This document shows, piece by piece, positions 37,409 through 47,335 of a stretch of DNA of 64,000 bases. This DNA is from Dehalococcoidia bacterium (GTDB lineage Bacteria; Chloroflexota; Dehalococcoidia; Lucifugimonadales; UBA3495). Under the pieces are notes generated by a model. It saw nothing but the letters and a program-made list of their open reading frames with translations, was not told the origin of the DNA and did no database searches. The position numbers were made by a program, and so were the translations under genes. Each line of letters starts with the position of its first letter. Within the stretch, counting starts at the first letter, position 1. The stretch lies in contig OZ252223.1 in assembly GCA_965249145.1 (NCBI GenBank), positions 1,673,757 to 1,737,756 on the forward strand. Direction: 5' to 3'.

Positions 37409-38650
37409 CTACATCCGTTCGTCGGCCAACAACAGGAGCTCCAGGAGGGCCTGGGCCCCGTTGGCGCAGTCTTCGGGAGTAGAATACTCCTCAATGGCAT
37501 GGCTGATGCCGTTGACGCTGGGCACGAAGAGCATGGCCATCGGCGCGATCTCCGCAATGGCCTGGGCGTCGTGGCCCGCGCCGCTGGGCACGTGCTCCCA
37601 GGAAAAACCGCCGCGCTCGGCAGCCTCGCCGGCCAAGGCCTGCATCTCGTCAGTGATGGGCACCGACTGCGTGAACCGGTGGCGATTGAGCGTGACTTCA
37701 ACGTTGTCCTCACTCGCGGTACGGCTAGCCAGCCGCCGCAACTCCTGCTCCGCCGCTTCCAGGGAAGCCATGTTCACGTCTCGGAACTCCAAGCCGATGC
37801 TGGCCCGGCCTGGGATGACATTGACCGCGTTGGGGTGGGCCTGCACCGTCCCAACGGTGGCGACCCGGCAGATCTCGTCCCGGGCCGCCATGTTCTGCAC
37901 CTCCAGCACCAGCTTGGAGGCGCTGACCAAAGCGTCGCGGCGCTCCGACATCGGCGTGGTCCCGGCGTGGTTGGCCATTCCGTCGACATCGACCTCGAAC
38001 ACAGCCCGTCCGGTGATACCGGTGACGACGCCGATTGGGGTGCCGGAGCGGTAGAGCATGGGACCCTGTTCGATGTGCAGCTCGAAGTAGGCGGCCAATT
38101 CTCCGGGACGGCGGGCTGCGGTTTCGACGCGGGATAGGTCACCGCCTATATCGGCCATCCGGGTCGATAACGATACGCCATCGTCGTCCACCGCGGCCAA
38201 GTCTTCGGGCTCCAGCATGCCCGCCATGGCCCGGCTGCCGATGAGCCAGCGGTGAAAGCGAGTGCCCTCCTCGTTGGTAAACACGATGGCCTCGATGGGA
38301 TGGCGGGAAACGTGACCCTGGTCGGCCAGGGTCTGGACGACCTCCACGGCGCCCATGACGCCCAACGCGCCGTCGTACTTGCCGCCCAACGGCACTGTGT
38401 CGGTGTGAGAGCCCATGGCGATGGCGGGCAACCCGGCCACCGATCCTTCCTTGCGGCCTATGATGTTCCCGGCGGCATCGATTCGGACTTCCAACCCAGC
38501 TTGGCGCATCAGGCCCATGGTGTATTCCCGGCTTTCGACGTCGGCAGGGGAGAAGGCCAGCCGGTCCATACCCTCCGGGGTTTCGCCGAATTTCCCCAAC
38601 TCATCGAGAGTCCGGTTGAGCCGAGCCGAGTTGATTGAGAAGCGGGGCAT
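37409..38650 (-). CDS. M20-family Zn-dependent amidohydrolase (allantoate amidohydrolase / N-carbamoyl-L-amino-acid hydrolase type)
   Basis: Start ATG at 38650 (MPRFSINSARL) after GAGGTG. MGSHTDTVPLGGKYDGALGV motif. Confidence 0.85.
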   Translation of the reverse strand: MPRFSINSARLNRTLDELGKFGETPEGMDRLAFSPADVESREYTMGLMRQAGLEVRIDAAGNIIGRKEGSVAGLPAIAMGSHTDTVPLGGKYDGALGVMGAVEVVQTLADQGHVSRHPIEAIVFTNEEGTRFHRWLIGSRAMAGMLEPEDLAAVDDDGVSLSTRMADIGGDLSRVETAARRPGELAAYFELHIEQGPMLYRSGTPIGVVTGITGRAVFEVDVDGMANHAGTTPMSERRDALVSASKLVLEVQNMAARDEICRVATVGTVQAHPNAVNVIPGRASIGLEFRDVNMASLEAAEQELRRLASRTASEDNVEVTLNRHRFTQSVPITDEMQALAGEAAERGGFSWEHVPSGAGHDAQAIAEIAPMAMLFVPSVNGISHAIEEYSTPEDCANGAQALLELLLLADERM

Positions 38651-38695
38651 ATTGCGCACCTCTTTGTTGGGGCTTCGACGTTGGGGAGGGCGTTC

Positions 38696-39466
38696 CTAGC
38701 GCCGCCGACGGGACCTCAGCTCCCGAATCATGGTTTCGACGGCTGAGCGGTCGACGCCCAGCTGGACCGAGACCTCGATGTCACGCACCGCCAACGCGTC
38801 TTCCCCAAGCATGGTGCGGGCGATGGCGCGGTTCACGTAAGCAACGGCGAACGTCGGTTCCAGCCGGATGGCGTAGTCGAGATCGGGGACCGCCAGGTCC
38901 AATTGGCCCAGGTCTATGTAGGCGTCGGCGCGGTTGTTGTAAGCCTCGGGAAAGCGTTTGTTGATCCGAATGGCCTGACTGAAGTCATTGATGGCTGCTG
39001 GCAGCCGTCCCGCCTGTTTGTGGGCGTAGCCCCGGCCACTGAAGGCTGCGGCAAACTTGGTATTAAGGCGAATGGCCCTCGAAAGGTCCAGAATGGCGTT
39101 GTCAAAATACCCCATCGCCTCGGCTGGCGAATCGGGCGCTTCCTCTTTCTTCTTGGCCCCCAGGGAGATGTTGGCATGGCCCCGGGTGCTGTAGGCCACC
39201 GCCATGTCCGGCGAAAGTTCGATGGCCCGGTCCGCGTCGCGCAGAGCTGCCTCGGCATCCCCAAGCACCAGGTGAGCGTTGGCCCGGTTGTTGTAGGCGG
39301 GCACCAGTGCAGGGTTGAGATTGATGGCCTCGGTGTAAGCGAGTAACGCCTCCTCGAACTGCCCGCGCCGCTGCTGACGCACTCCGTAGTCGTACCATTT
39401 CTCCGGCTCTGGCTTCCCCAGGGAACCGGGAAGGAAACGGGCCAAGATACCCTTAACGTCCGGCAT
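38696..39466 (-). CDS. tetratricopeptide repeat protein
   Basis: Repeated AYxNRGxA / AIxLxP TPR units across 256 aa. Confidence 0.8.
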   Translation of the reverse strand: MPDVKGILARFLPGSLGKPEPEKWYDYGVRQQRRGQFEEALLAYTEAINLNPALVPAYNNRANAHLVLGDAEAALRDADRAIELSPDMAVAYSTRGHANISLGAKKKEEAPDSPAEAMGYFDNAILDLSRAIRLNTKFAAAFSGRGYAHKQAGRLPAAINDFSQAIRINKRFPEAYNNRADAYIDLGQLDLAVPDLDYAIRLEPTFAVAYVNRAIARTMLGEDALAVRDIEVSVQLGVDRSAVETMIRELRSRRRR

Positions 39467-39866
39467 TCCTGATCCGTATCTGTTCTATCTGAAGCTCGAC
39501 AGACACCCGGTCTGCACCAAGGGAGACCGCCTGTTCCAGGTCAGCGAGGGCATCATCGTCACGGCCAATGACGGTGTACATCATACCCCGGTTGACGTAG
39601 GCGTCGCGAAAGCCAGGGTTGTTTCTGATAGCTATGCTAAAGTCCAGGATGGCCCGTTCTGGAGCGCCTATGGCTAGGAAGAGGACGCCGCGATGGTAAA
39701 AGACCTTGTCGTTGTTGCGGTCGATCCCGGCGGCGCGGTTGAAGTACCACAAAGCCCTGGTGGGATGGCCCCAACGGGCGTAAAACAGGCCCCAGCTGCA
39801 GTAAAAAAAGCAGAGGCCCGCCTTGAGCCAGCGGTAGAGGTTCCCCAAGACCGACAGCAAAGCCAT
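39453..39866 (-). CDS. TPR protein with N-terminal hydrophobic segment
   Basis: 137 aa. Has TPR units (AYVNRGMMY) and overlaps the downstream TPR gene by 14 nt. Confidence 0.7.
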   Translation of the reverse strand: MALLSVLGNLYRWLKAGLCFFYCSWGLFYARWGHPTRALWYFNRAAGIDRNNDKVFYHRGVLFLAIGAPERAILDFSIAIRNNPGFRDAYVNRGMMYTVIGRDDDALADLEQAVSLGADRVSVELQIEQIRIRNAGR

Positions 39867-39880
39867 TTAAACCGGCACCT

Positions 39881-41053
39881 TCATACCAACACCCGGAAGC
39901 CGTAGCCCGGCAGGTTCAACTCCCCTTCGGCGAAACGCGACATTCGGAGGGGGCGTATGTCTATTGTAGTAGCCCGGCCGTCCAACACCAACTCGGACAT
40001 GAGGAGGCCCACCGCCGGGGATAGCTTGAAGCCGTGCCCGCTGAAGCCGGAGCATAGATAGAGGCCGTCGATTCCGTCCACACGGTCCATCACCGGATGG
40101 GAGTCGGGGGTCGAGGTATAGAGTCCGGCGTAGCCGGTACTGTACTCGGCGTCCGCCATAAGCGGGATGCGCCGGGCCAGCCGGGTCCAGATTTCCTGGA
40201 TGAACGACTGGCTGGCCCGCTGGGCGTAGATTTCAGGGTCTTCCACTTCCTGCTCGATGTTTCCGTTGCCCACCAGCGTAAGGTCGGTGCTTTCAGGGCG
40301 GAAGTAGGTGAGGTTGGCGATGTCGCCACCGCCAGGGTGGTAGGGCAGGCGGTCCAGCGGTCGCTTCAGGTGGACCACCTCGTGCCGGGTAGCGATCAGG
40401 GGCAGATCTATGCCGTGACCAATGAGGAAACGGCGGCTCCAAGGGCCAGTGGCCACGATGGCCCGCCCGGTCTCGATGCGCCCGGCGCCGGTCACCACCG
40501 CCGTGACCCGCCCGGCCTCGGCCTCGACCGAAACCGCGGGCGACTGCAGCCGGATGCGCGCACCCAACTCCCGTGCCCGTGCGGCGAAAGCGAGCGCCGT
40601 GCCCGAGGGGTCCGCGTGGCCAGACAGCGGCTCATAGGCGATACCGGCGCAGTCGTCCAGGTAGAACCCCGGCGCGAGCTCGGCGGCAGCTTCCCGGTCG
40701 ATCTCGACGGTCTCGATGCCAACGCCTTGCTGCAGGGCCAAGTTGCCCCGGAAGGATTCCGCCGCCGGCTCGTCGGCAAAGACCAAGTAGCCAGTGTTGG
40801 TGTAGCCGCATTCGCCGCCGATTCGGTCGTCGAACTCCCGGAATACCTGGAGGGAATGCCAGGCCATTCGAGCATGGACCTCGGTGGAGTAGTGCATCCG
40901 CACCGCGCCGGAGGAGCGGCCCGTCGAGCCCGAGCCCAACACATCACGCTCCAACAGCAGAGTGTCGGTCATGCCGCGGGCGGCCAGATGGTACAGGATG
41001 CTGCACCCCATAACCCCGCCGCCGATGATTACCGCTTCGGCGGTCTCGGTCAT
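39881..41053 (-). CDS. FAD-dependent oxidoreductase (DAO / sarcosine oxidase beta-like)
   Basis: AVIIGGGVMGCSILYHLA dinucleotide-binding motif. 390 aa. Confidence 0.85.
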   Translation of the reverse strand: MTETAEAVIIGGGVMGCSILYHLAARGMTDTLLLERDVLGSGSTGRSSGAVRMHYSTEVHARMAWHSLQVFREFDDRIGGECGYTNTGYLVFADEPAAESFRGNLALQQGVGIETVEIDREAAAELAPGFYLDDCAGIAYEPLSGHADPSGTALAFAARARELGARIRLQSPAVSVEAEAGRVTAVVTGAGRIETGRAIVATGPWSRRFLIGHGIDLPLIATRHEVVHLKRPLDRLPYHPGGGDIANLTYFRPESTDLTLVGNGNIEQEVEDPEIYAQRASQSFIQEIWTRLARRIPLMADAEYSTGYAGLYTSTPDSHPVMDRVDGIDGLYLCSGFSGHGFKLSPAVGLLMSELVLDGRATTIDIRPLRMSRFAEGELNLPGYGFRVLV

Positions 41054-41152
41054 GGCTGGCTGGTTCTCCGAGATTTGCCCATGTTCACCGACAGTATATA
41101 ATGTGCCGCAATTCTACCAGCCGTCAGTAAATCCCGTGCTTGGAGGACAACG

Positions 41153-42523
41153 ATGGGAGCTACCGAGACCATTGCCAAGTGGATCGTCGACACCAACTAC
41201 GAAGACATCCCACCCGACGCGATACGCGTCGCCAACGAGTCCTGCTTCGACCTGTTGGGAGTGATCCTGGCCGGTTCGGTGCAGCCGGTGGGGCAGATCA
41301 TCCAGCAGTACGTGTCGGAACAGGGGGCGGCCTGCCAAGCCACCGTGCTGTCCGGCGGGACCCAGAGCACCATGGCCAACGCCGCGCTGGCCAACGGCAC
41401 CATGGGCCATGCCCTTGATTACGATGACTTCGGCGGTTTCGGGCATCCGACCGTCGCCATCTTCCCGGCGCTGCTGGCCATCGGCGAGCACACCGGCGCC
41501 ACCGGGCGCGACCTGCTGGAAGCCTACGTTGTAGGCTGCGAAGTCGGGCTGGCCCTGCAGCATGCCACCAAGTACAAGCAGATGGACAAGGGCTTCCACG
41601 CCACCGCGGTCATCGGCCGGTTGGCCTGCGCCGCCGCCTGCGCCAAGCTGCTCAAGCTGGACGAGCGCCAGACCACCATGGCCTTGGGCATGGCCGGCTC
41701 GATGGCTTCGGGCCTGATCCACAACTTCGGCACCATGACCAAGCCGCTGCACGCTGGGCTGGTGGGCCGCGATGGCGTGACCGCCGTTCAACTGGCCGAA
41801 ATGGGCCTCACCGCTGGCGACCAAGTGGTAGAACACCCCTTCGGCTTCGCCTCGGTGGTCTTGGGCGAGGGCATCTATGACCTCGACGAGATGGCCGACA
41901 ACCTGGGCAAACCTTACCGCGTTCAGGACGCGCTGATCATCAAGAAGTACCCCTGCTGCGGCGGCAACCACGCCATGCTGGACAGCCTGTTCAGCCTGAT
42001 GCGGGACAACGAGTTCACCTTCGACGACGTGGCCAACGCCGAGGTGGACCAGTCCTACTACTCGGTGGTGATGCTCTACCAAGAACCGGACGACGACCTC
42101 AAGGGCAAATTCAGCGCCAAATACAACGTCGCCGCCGCCTTGGTTGACGGCGAGGTGAAGATCGATACCTTCACCCAAGAGAAGATCGACGACGCGGTCA
42201 TCGGCGAAACCATGGACAAGGTCCGCACCCGGGTGATGGCCAAGTCCGAGGAGCTGCTGACCAACTCCGAACACGGCCTCAAGGTGAAAATCACCCTAAA
42301 GGACGGCCGGGAGTTCGAGCACACCACCGCCCGGGCCGACATCCTGGGGAGCCAGGGCAACCCCTGGGGCTTCGAGAACATCCAGGCCAAGTTCCGGGAG
42401 AACGTGGCGTTGGTGCTGAACGACAACGACGTGAACCAAGCGGTCCAAGCTTGGTCCGACATTCCCGAGGTCACCAACATCGCCGAGCTGGTACGCAGTA
42501 CCTTGGTGGCGACCAAGGCCTAA
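41153..42523 (+). CDS. MmgE/PrpD family protein
   Basis: IAKWIVDTNYEDIPPDAI N-terminus and HALDYDD motif. 456 aa. Confidence 0.9.
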   Translation: MGATETIAKWIVDTNYEDIPPDAIRVANESCFDLLGVILAGSVQPVGQIIQQYVSEQGAACQATVLSGGTQSTMANAALANGTMGHALDYDDFGGFGHPTVAIFPALLAIGEHTGATGRDLLEAYVVGCEVGLALQHATKYKQMDKGFHATAVIGRLACAAACAKLLKLDERQTTMALGMAGSMASGLIHNFGTMTKPLHAGLVGRDGVTAVQLAEMGLTAGDQVVEHPFGFASVVLGEGIYDLDEMADNLGKPYRVQDALIIKKYPCCGGNHAMLDSLFSLMRDNEFTFDDVANAEVDQSYYSVVMLYQEPDDDLKGKFSAKYNVAAALVDGEVKIDTFTQEKIDDAVIGETMDKVRTRVMAKSEELLTNSEHGLKVKITLKDGREFEHTTARADILGSQGNPWGFENIQAKFRENVALVLNDNDVNQAVQAWSDIPEVTNIAELVRSTLVATKA

Positions 42524-42560
42524 AACCAACCCCGCGCTGGCATCGGCGCGCCGGGAATAG

Positions 42561-42592
42561 AGAAACCCCCGGACTTTGGTCTGGGGGTTTCT
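42561..42592. terminator. intrinsic terminator hairpin (bidirectional)
   Basis: AGAAACCCCC (42561-42570) / GGGGGTTTCT (42583-42592), a 10-bp stem with a 12-nt loop, between the convergent prpD-like gene and hicA. Confidence 0.7.
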
Positions 42593-42597
42593 TGCGA

Positions 42598-42844
42598 TTA
42601 CCTAATGAGACCGAGACGTCTCAGATCCTCCTCGGTCCAGCCTGCCTGCACATCAATAATGCTTTGCAATGTGCGAAATGCGAATGTGTCACCCCTTCGC
42701 GTGAAGGCCACGGTGACCCGTCGGCCGTCGGTAACGGTGGTGGCTTCCCCTTTGGCGGACGAACTCGAAGCCGTCCCGCTCCAACGCCCGTACAATCTCC
42801 CCAGCGGTAATCGACCGGAGGAGACTGTAATTGATGTTGGTCAC
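42598..42844 (-). pseudogene. hicA: HicA-family toxin gene with a 1-nt frameshift
   Basis: The frame from GTG at 42844 gives MTNINYSLLRSITAGEIVRALERDGFEFVRQRGSHHRYR. The rest (GRRVTVAFTRRGDTFAFRTLQSIIDVQAGW) is in the adjacent frame (ORF 42598..42795). Confidence 0.6.
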
Positions 42845-43080
42845 AGGGTTACAGCAACAACCTCATCCGGAGAATTATCAACGGCCCCGATAACGGGAAC
42901 CGGCTGGCCCTCATCCACAAACTCCTCAACGATCATCTCGAGCACTTCGTGGATATTCTTGCGGGCCTCGGCCTTCGTGTAGCCCCAAGTGGAACCGCCA
43001 ATTTTCTCCAGCTCCGGGCAGAATGCCCGCCAACCGTCTTCATCGGCTTCTATGACCACTCGAAATCGATAAGTTCCCAT
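42841..43080 (-). CDS. hicB: HicB-family antitoxin
   Basis: YRFRVVIEADEDGWRAFCPELEKIGGSTWGYTKAEARKNIHEVLEM fits the HicB/UPF0150 N-domain. Its stop overlaps the hicA start (GTGA). Confidence 0.75.
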   Translation of the reverse strand: MGTYRFRVVIEADEDGWRAFCPELEKIGGSTWGYTKAEARKNIHEVLEMIVEEFVDEGQPVPVIGAVDNSPDEVVAVTL

Positions 43081-43098
43081 GTCGGCGCTTTGTTAACC

Positions 43099-43527
43099 CT
43101 ACGGCTCGACTCGAATGGAGTCGCCTACCTTGATCGCCCCGCCGTTGATGACGGTGGCCAGCATGCCGCGGCGGTGGTTCAGTTCGGACTGCAGGCCTTG
43201 GCGGATGGCGTCCATCTTGCCGCAGGGCTCGCACTCGCCGACGATTTCCATCGTCACCTCGTCGCCGATGAAGACCACCTGTCCGGCCTGCGCCTGCGAA
43301 AGGTCGAGCCCGCTAACCGTGATATTCTCCTTAATCTGGCCGGGGACGAGGCCGAAATGGGCCAGCGTCTCGTTGTCCATGATCAACACCTGCCGCATGT
43401 TGCCCTCCCGGCAACTGCGGTCTCCCTCCAGGCCGAGGCCGGACAGGGCGGTGGCGCCTTGCACCGGGTCTGACGGGGTCTCCTTGACCCGCGCGATGTG
43501 CAGGTTGGTGATGCTCCCTTGCTGCAT
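43099..43527 (-). CDS. MOSC domain-containing protein
   Basis: 142 aa with GLEGDR and the CEPCGKM motif typical of MOSC. Confidence 0.85.
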   Translation of the reverse strand: MQQGSITNLHIARVKETPSDPVQGATALSGLGLEGDRSCREGNMRQVLIMDNETLAHFGLVPGQIKENITVSGLDLSQAQAGQVVFIGDEVTMEIVGECEPCGKMDAIRQGLQSELNHRRGMLATVINGGAIKVGDSIRVEP

Positions 43528-43740
43528 GGTGACTCGCCTCCCGTGCTATGCTAATCTGGGCCTTCAGTTGAAGTGCCAGCCGCCTGGAATCGCCGCAGTC
43601 GGCCCTATTAGCCCCGATTATAACAGCCCTTTCTCCTGCGGGAGAATTTCGAACCAACCTCTATTCCATGAGGAGAGGGCATCGGCGAGTGACCCACATG
43701 GTTTCCAGGCTGGGGATTACTGTTACAAAGGAGGAGGACC

Positions 43741-44313
43741 ATGGTACAGCAGGGACCCAACCCTATCGAGGTTTATGAAGGCGCTGTACAGTCGATGCAG
43801 CGAATAGTCGACGGAGTAAGAGCCGACCAAATGAACGCGCCGACCCCTTGCACCGAATGGAACGTGCAAGCCTTGATTAATCACAATATCAAGGTGTCCC
43901 AGTTCTTTAACGGCATTCTGACCGGAACGGGCGGCGTCAATCCCATGGATGTGGGCGGAGCGCTGCCTTCGGAGGGAGCCTCGTCCGCCTTCGAAGCAGC
44001 CACCAGCGGCTTGCTTACATCGGTCAAATCCATAGACCTGGAAACTGTGGTGGAAGCGCCCTTCGGCTCGATGCCCGCTGGCCAATTCATCATGATTCCC
44101 TTTGGGGACATGTTGATACACCAATGGGATTTGGCCAAGGCCACCAGCCAGAACACCTCCCTGGACAGCGGCCTGGCTGAAGTGTGCTTTGGGATTGTCG
44201 TCGGGATGCTAGAAGGAGGCCGCGACCCCAACAATTTCGCGGCTGCCATCGAAGTGCCAGTCACCGCCAGCATCCAGCACAGGCTACTGGCGTTTACCGG
44301 ACGCCAACCTTAG
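43741..44313 (+). CDS. TIGR03086-type DinB/mycothiol-maleylpyruvate-isomerase-N-like protein
   Basis: APTPCTEWNVQALINH motif. AAAGGAGGAGG RBS. Confidence 0.75.
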   Translation: MVQQGPNPIEVYEGAVQSMQRIVDGVRADQMNAPTPCTEWNVQALINHNIKVSQFFNGILTGTGGVNPMDVGGALPSEGASSAFEAATSGLLTSVKSIDLETVVEAPFGSMPAGQFIMIPFGDMLIHQWDLAKATSQNTSLDSGLAEVCFGIVVGMLEGGRDPNNFAAAIEVPVTASIQHRLLAFTGRQP

Positions 44314-44387
44314 TCTTATCGGCAATAAGCACGTTAATCCTCTCGGCGGCCCGGACGCCCGGCAACCGTTTGACCCACAGGTGACCT

Positions 44388-45248
44388 ATGACGGATTACG
44401 AATTCATCCAGACCGAAAACCGGGACGGGGTGCTGGTGCTCACCATGCATGACCCGCCCACGCGAAACGCCCTGGGCCCCGACATGGCTAACGAGATCAT
44501 CGAGGAGCTCGACCGCTTCGAGGATGATCCGGCCTGCCGGGTGTTGCTGATCACCGGCACCGAGCCGTCGTTCTGCTCCGGGGCCAACGTGCGCGGCTTC
44601 AACCAGCGCATCGAGGCCCGGGAGTCGGGGGATGGCGAAGGCGAGGCCGACCCGTTGCCTTGGGGCAAGATGGAGACTCGCTACGCCAGCCGGGGCCAGA
44701 AGGTCGCGTTCGGTGGCCAGGCCAGCCGCATCCCACTGCGCATCCACAAGCTGCAGAAGCCGTCCATCGCGGCCGTCAACGGTCACGCGATGGGCGTTGG
44801 CATGGGCGTGGCCTTGGCCTGCGACATTCGCTACGCCGCCGAGAAGGCCGTCTTTTCCGAAGCCTTCTCCCGCATGGGGCTGATCCCTGGCGACGGCAGT
44901 TCCTGGCAGCTGCCCCGCTTGATCGGCATGAGCAACACGCTGCTATTGCAGTACACCGGCGACCGTATCGACGGCACGGAGGCCCACCGCCTTGGCATCG
45001 TCAGCAAGGTGCTACCCGACGGCGAAATGATGGAATCAACCATGGAATTGGCTGGCCGGTTGGCCAAGGGCCCAACCCAGTCGCTGGCGCTGATCAAATA
45101 CTTGGTGCACCGCAGCCTGGAGATGGACTTCGAGGACAGTTTGGACCTGGCCCACGTGGCCCAAGAGCAGGTCCGCAAGACCGAAGACCACAAGGAGGCA
45201 GTCCAAGCCTTCCTCGAAAAACGCCCGCCCGACTTCAAGGGGCGCTAG
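44388..45248 (+). CDS. enoyl-CoA hydratase/isomerase family protein
   Basis: LTMHDPPTRNAL, FCSGANV and AAVNGHAMGVGMGVALACD crotonase motifs. Confidence 0.9.
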   Translation: MTDYEFIQTENRDGVLVLTMHDPPTRNALGPDMANEIIEELDRFEDDPACRVLLITGTEPSFCSGANVRGFNQRIEARESGDGEGEADPLPWGKMETRYASRGQKVAFGGQASRIPLRIHKLQKPSIAAVNGHAMGVGMGVALACDIRYAAEKAVFSEAFSRMGLIPGDGSSWQLPRLIGMSNTLLLQYTGDRIDGTEAHRLGIVSKVLPDGEMMESTMELAGRLAKGPTQSLALIKYLVHRSLEMDFEDSLDLAHVAQEQVRKTEDHKEAVQAFLEKRPPDFKGR

Positions 45249-45257
45249 AGGGCGGCC

Positions 45258-46415
45258 GTGCCGGACGACCTGCTTGGTCGCGCCCATGCCCTCCTACCCG
45301 AAATACGGGACATGGGCGACGAGATCGACGAGGCGCGGCGGTTGCCGGAGCGGCTGGTAACCAAACTGGCGGACGCCGGGTTCTTCAAGATGACGCTGGG
45401 CGATGAACGCGGCGGCCTCGAAGCCGACCCGTTAACCGCCTGCCGGGTGCTGGAAGCTCTTTCCAGCGCCAACCCGTCGGTGGGCTGGGTGGCGATGATC
45501 ATCGCCTCGACGGTCTACTGGGTGGCGGCAGGGCTGCCGGACGACGAGGCGGAGCAGGTGTTTTCGCCCGGTCCGCCGCCCAACATCGCCGGGACACTGG
45601 TACCCCACGGGCAAGCGGTCAAGACCGATGGCGGCTGGCGGGTGAGCGGACAATGGCCCTTCGGCAGCGGCTGCCAGCACTCTCGATGGTTGGTCAGCGG
45701 CAGCTGGCTCTACGACGGCGAAGACCCCATGCTCGACGAACAGGGGCAACGCCGGTGGCTGGTGTTCCTGACCCCTACTGCCGAATGCGCCATCCTGGAT
45801 ACTTGGTATACCACTGGCCTGCGCGGCACCGGCAGCCACGATTACGCCATGGACGACGTGTTCGTGCCCGCCGGGTTCAGCTTTCCCCACCCGCTGATGT
45901 CGCCACCGGTGCGCCCGGGACCCCAGTATGCCTACCCGGCAATCTCGGTGGCCATGTTGGCGTCGGTCTCCTTGGGGACGGCGCGGGGGGCGGTGGACTC
46001 GCTGATCGAGCTCTTCGGCGGCAAGGTGGACCGCCGCAGCGGTCGTCCGGTTGCCTCGGCCTTCGACAAGCAGGCGGAGCTGGGTGCGGCGGAGGCGTTG
46101 GTGGGCAGCGGCCAAGCCTACCTGCACGAGACCTTGGAGGCGGTATGGGGGCTGGTCGAGCGGGGCGAGCCGCTGCCCCAAGAGCTCCGGGCCCGGATGC
46201 GGCTGGCCGCCACCAACGCAATGTCGGCGTCGGTGGCGGCGGTGGACCAGGCCTACGCCGCGGCCGGGGCCAGCTCGATCTACGTGTCGTCGAGCTTGGA
46301 ACGATACTTCCGGGACGTCCACACCGCGGCGGCCCACGCCTTCGTGCGCCCGGCGACGCTGGCCGACGGCGGCGCCATGCTGTTGGGACTGCGCCCGTCG
46401 CTGCCAGTATTCTAG
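45258..46415 (+). CDS. acyl-CoA dehydrogenase family protein
   Basis: GTG start. 385 aa with ACAD N-terminal, middle and C-terminal organisation (TTGLRGTGSHDYAMDDVFVP). Confidence 0.85.
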   Translation: MPDDLLGRAHALLPEIRDMGDEIDEARRLPERLVTKLADAGFFKMTLGDERGGLEADPLTACRVLEALSSANPSVGWVAMIIASTVYWVAAGLPDDEAEQVFSPGPPPNIAGTLVPHGQAVKTDGGWRVSGQWPFGSGCQHSRWLVSGSWLYDGEDPMLDEQGQRRWLVFLTPTAECAILDTWYTTGLRGTGSHDYAMDDVFVPAGFSFPHPLMSPPVRPGPQYAYPAISVAMLASVSLGTARGAVDSLIELFGGKVDRRSGRPVASAFDKQAELGAAEALVGSGQAYLHETLEAVWGLVERGEPLPQELRARMRLAATNAMSASVAAVDQAYAAAGASSIYVSSSLERYFRDVHTAAAHAFVRPATLADGGAMLLGLRPSLPVF

Positions 46416-46458
46416 GGGGCGCTAAAAGGTCTGGAGAGCGCTGAACGGAGGAATCACT

Positions 46459-46821
46459 ATGGCTGATGAGTCTCAAAGGGCCTCAGCCCTACATGCTCAA
46501 GGGAAGACATACTTCGATGCTGCAAGCAGTGACCATGAACATGCTGCCATATTCAAGCCGGACCTGGCCAGCGCATTGCAAATGGTTCGCCGATACGACG
46601 AAGCAGTCTCCCTTTACGAACAATCCTCCGGCGACCAGGGCGAGCTTGAGTCGTTCGCGAGCAACGAATTGGCCGAGCTCCAAGAGCGTAGGCGGCAATG
46701 GCTGGTTCCAATGGATGGGCCGCATTTGACGTCCGACGATGAGCGACTCCTCAAGATTGCAGCCCCGATGATCGCCAAGTACCCCGCGATAGTCCATCCC
46801 TATACATATGATGTGGGTTGA
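46459..46821 (+). CDS. hypothetical protein; possibly the N-terminal part of a split HExxH protein
   Basis: 120 aa at the first lower-G+C sequence after the core genes. GGAGGA RBS. Overlaps the next ORF by 14 nt in another frame. Confidence 0.4.
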   Translation: MADESQRASALHAQGKTYFDAASSDHEHAAIFKPDLASALQMVRRYDEAVSLYEQSSGDQGELESFASNELAELQERRRQWLVPMDGPHLTSDDERLLKIAAPMIAKYPAIVHPYTYDVG

Positions 46822-47071
46822 TGATTCGAGAGATTCACTGCTACGAATCCGGGAAATACAGAATGAACAAGGCACCCCCGCGGATCAGTGGCTAGAGTCA
46901 TTGGACGGGTGGGAAGCGTTAGGGTTGATCATCGGCAGCTCCCACTGGATTCTAGTCAAAAGCGTGTGGAGGAATGCGGAAGAGTCCGAGTTGTGCGGCT
47001 TGCTTAGCCACGAGCTTGCTCATGAGGAACTTAAAGATACCTTCAGGGAGCACCTAGTTGACCGTCGCTAA
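46808..47071 (+). CDS. hypothetical HExxH-motif protein, truncated-looking
   Basis: 87 aa with LLSHELAHEEL 17 residues from the stop. No downstream third metal ligand. Confidence 0.4.
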   Translation: MMWVDDSRDSLLRIREIQNEQGTPADQWLESLDGWEALGLIIGSSHWILVKSVWRNAEESELCGLLSHELAHEELKDTFREHLVDRR

Positions 47072-47091
47072 AGGATTCGGGGCGGAACTAT

Positions 47092-47123
47092 TTAATTCTG
47101 TCCAACTAACCTGGTCCACCTCA
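47092..47123 (+). repeat. 32-bp direct repeat, copy 1
   Basis: TTAATTCTGTCCAACTAACCTGGTCCACCTCA matches 56833-56864 at 31 of 32 positions. Confidence 0.85.
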
Positions 47124-47335
47124 GTTCAGGTAAGCAATCGCTAATGCCCGTATCCTTGACGCAGGCGTCACACACTGTCGGATGACGCCTCAAGTGAAGC
47201 AACCAACCCGGATCACCAAATGGAATCTTTTTTCTCACGACCCAAACCAGAGCAGAAGGGCCGATCGTACGAGTCGCCCATTAGTCATCGTCCCAACGAT
47301 GCTCTCGGCAGGTGTAGCTTCGGACGCACGCTAGG

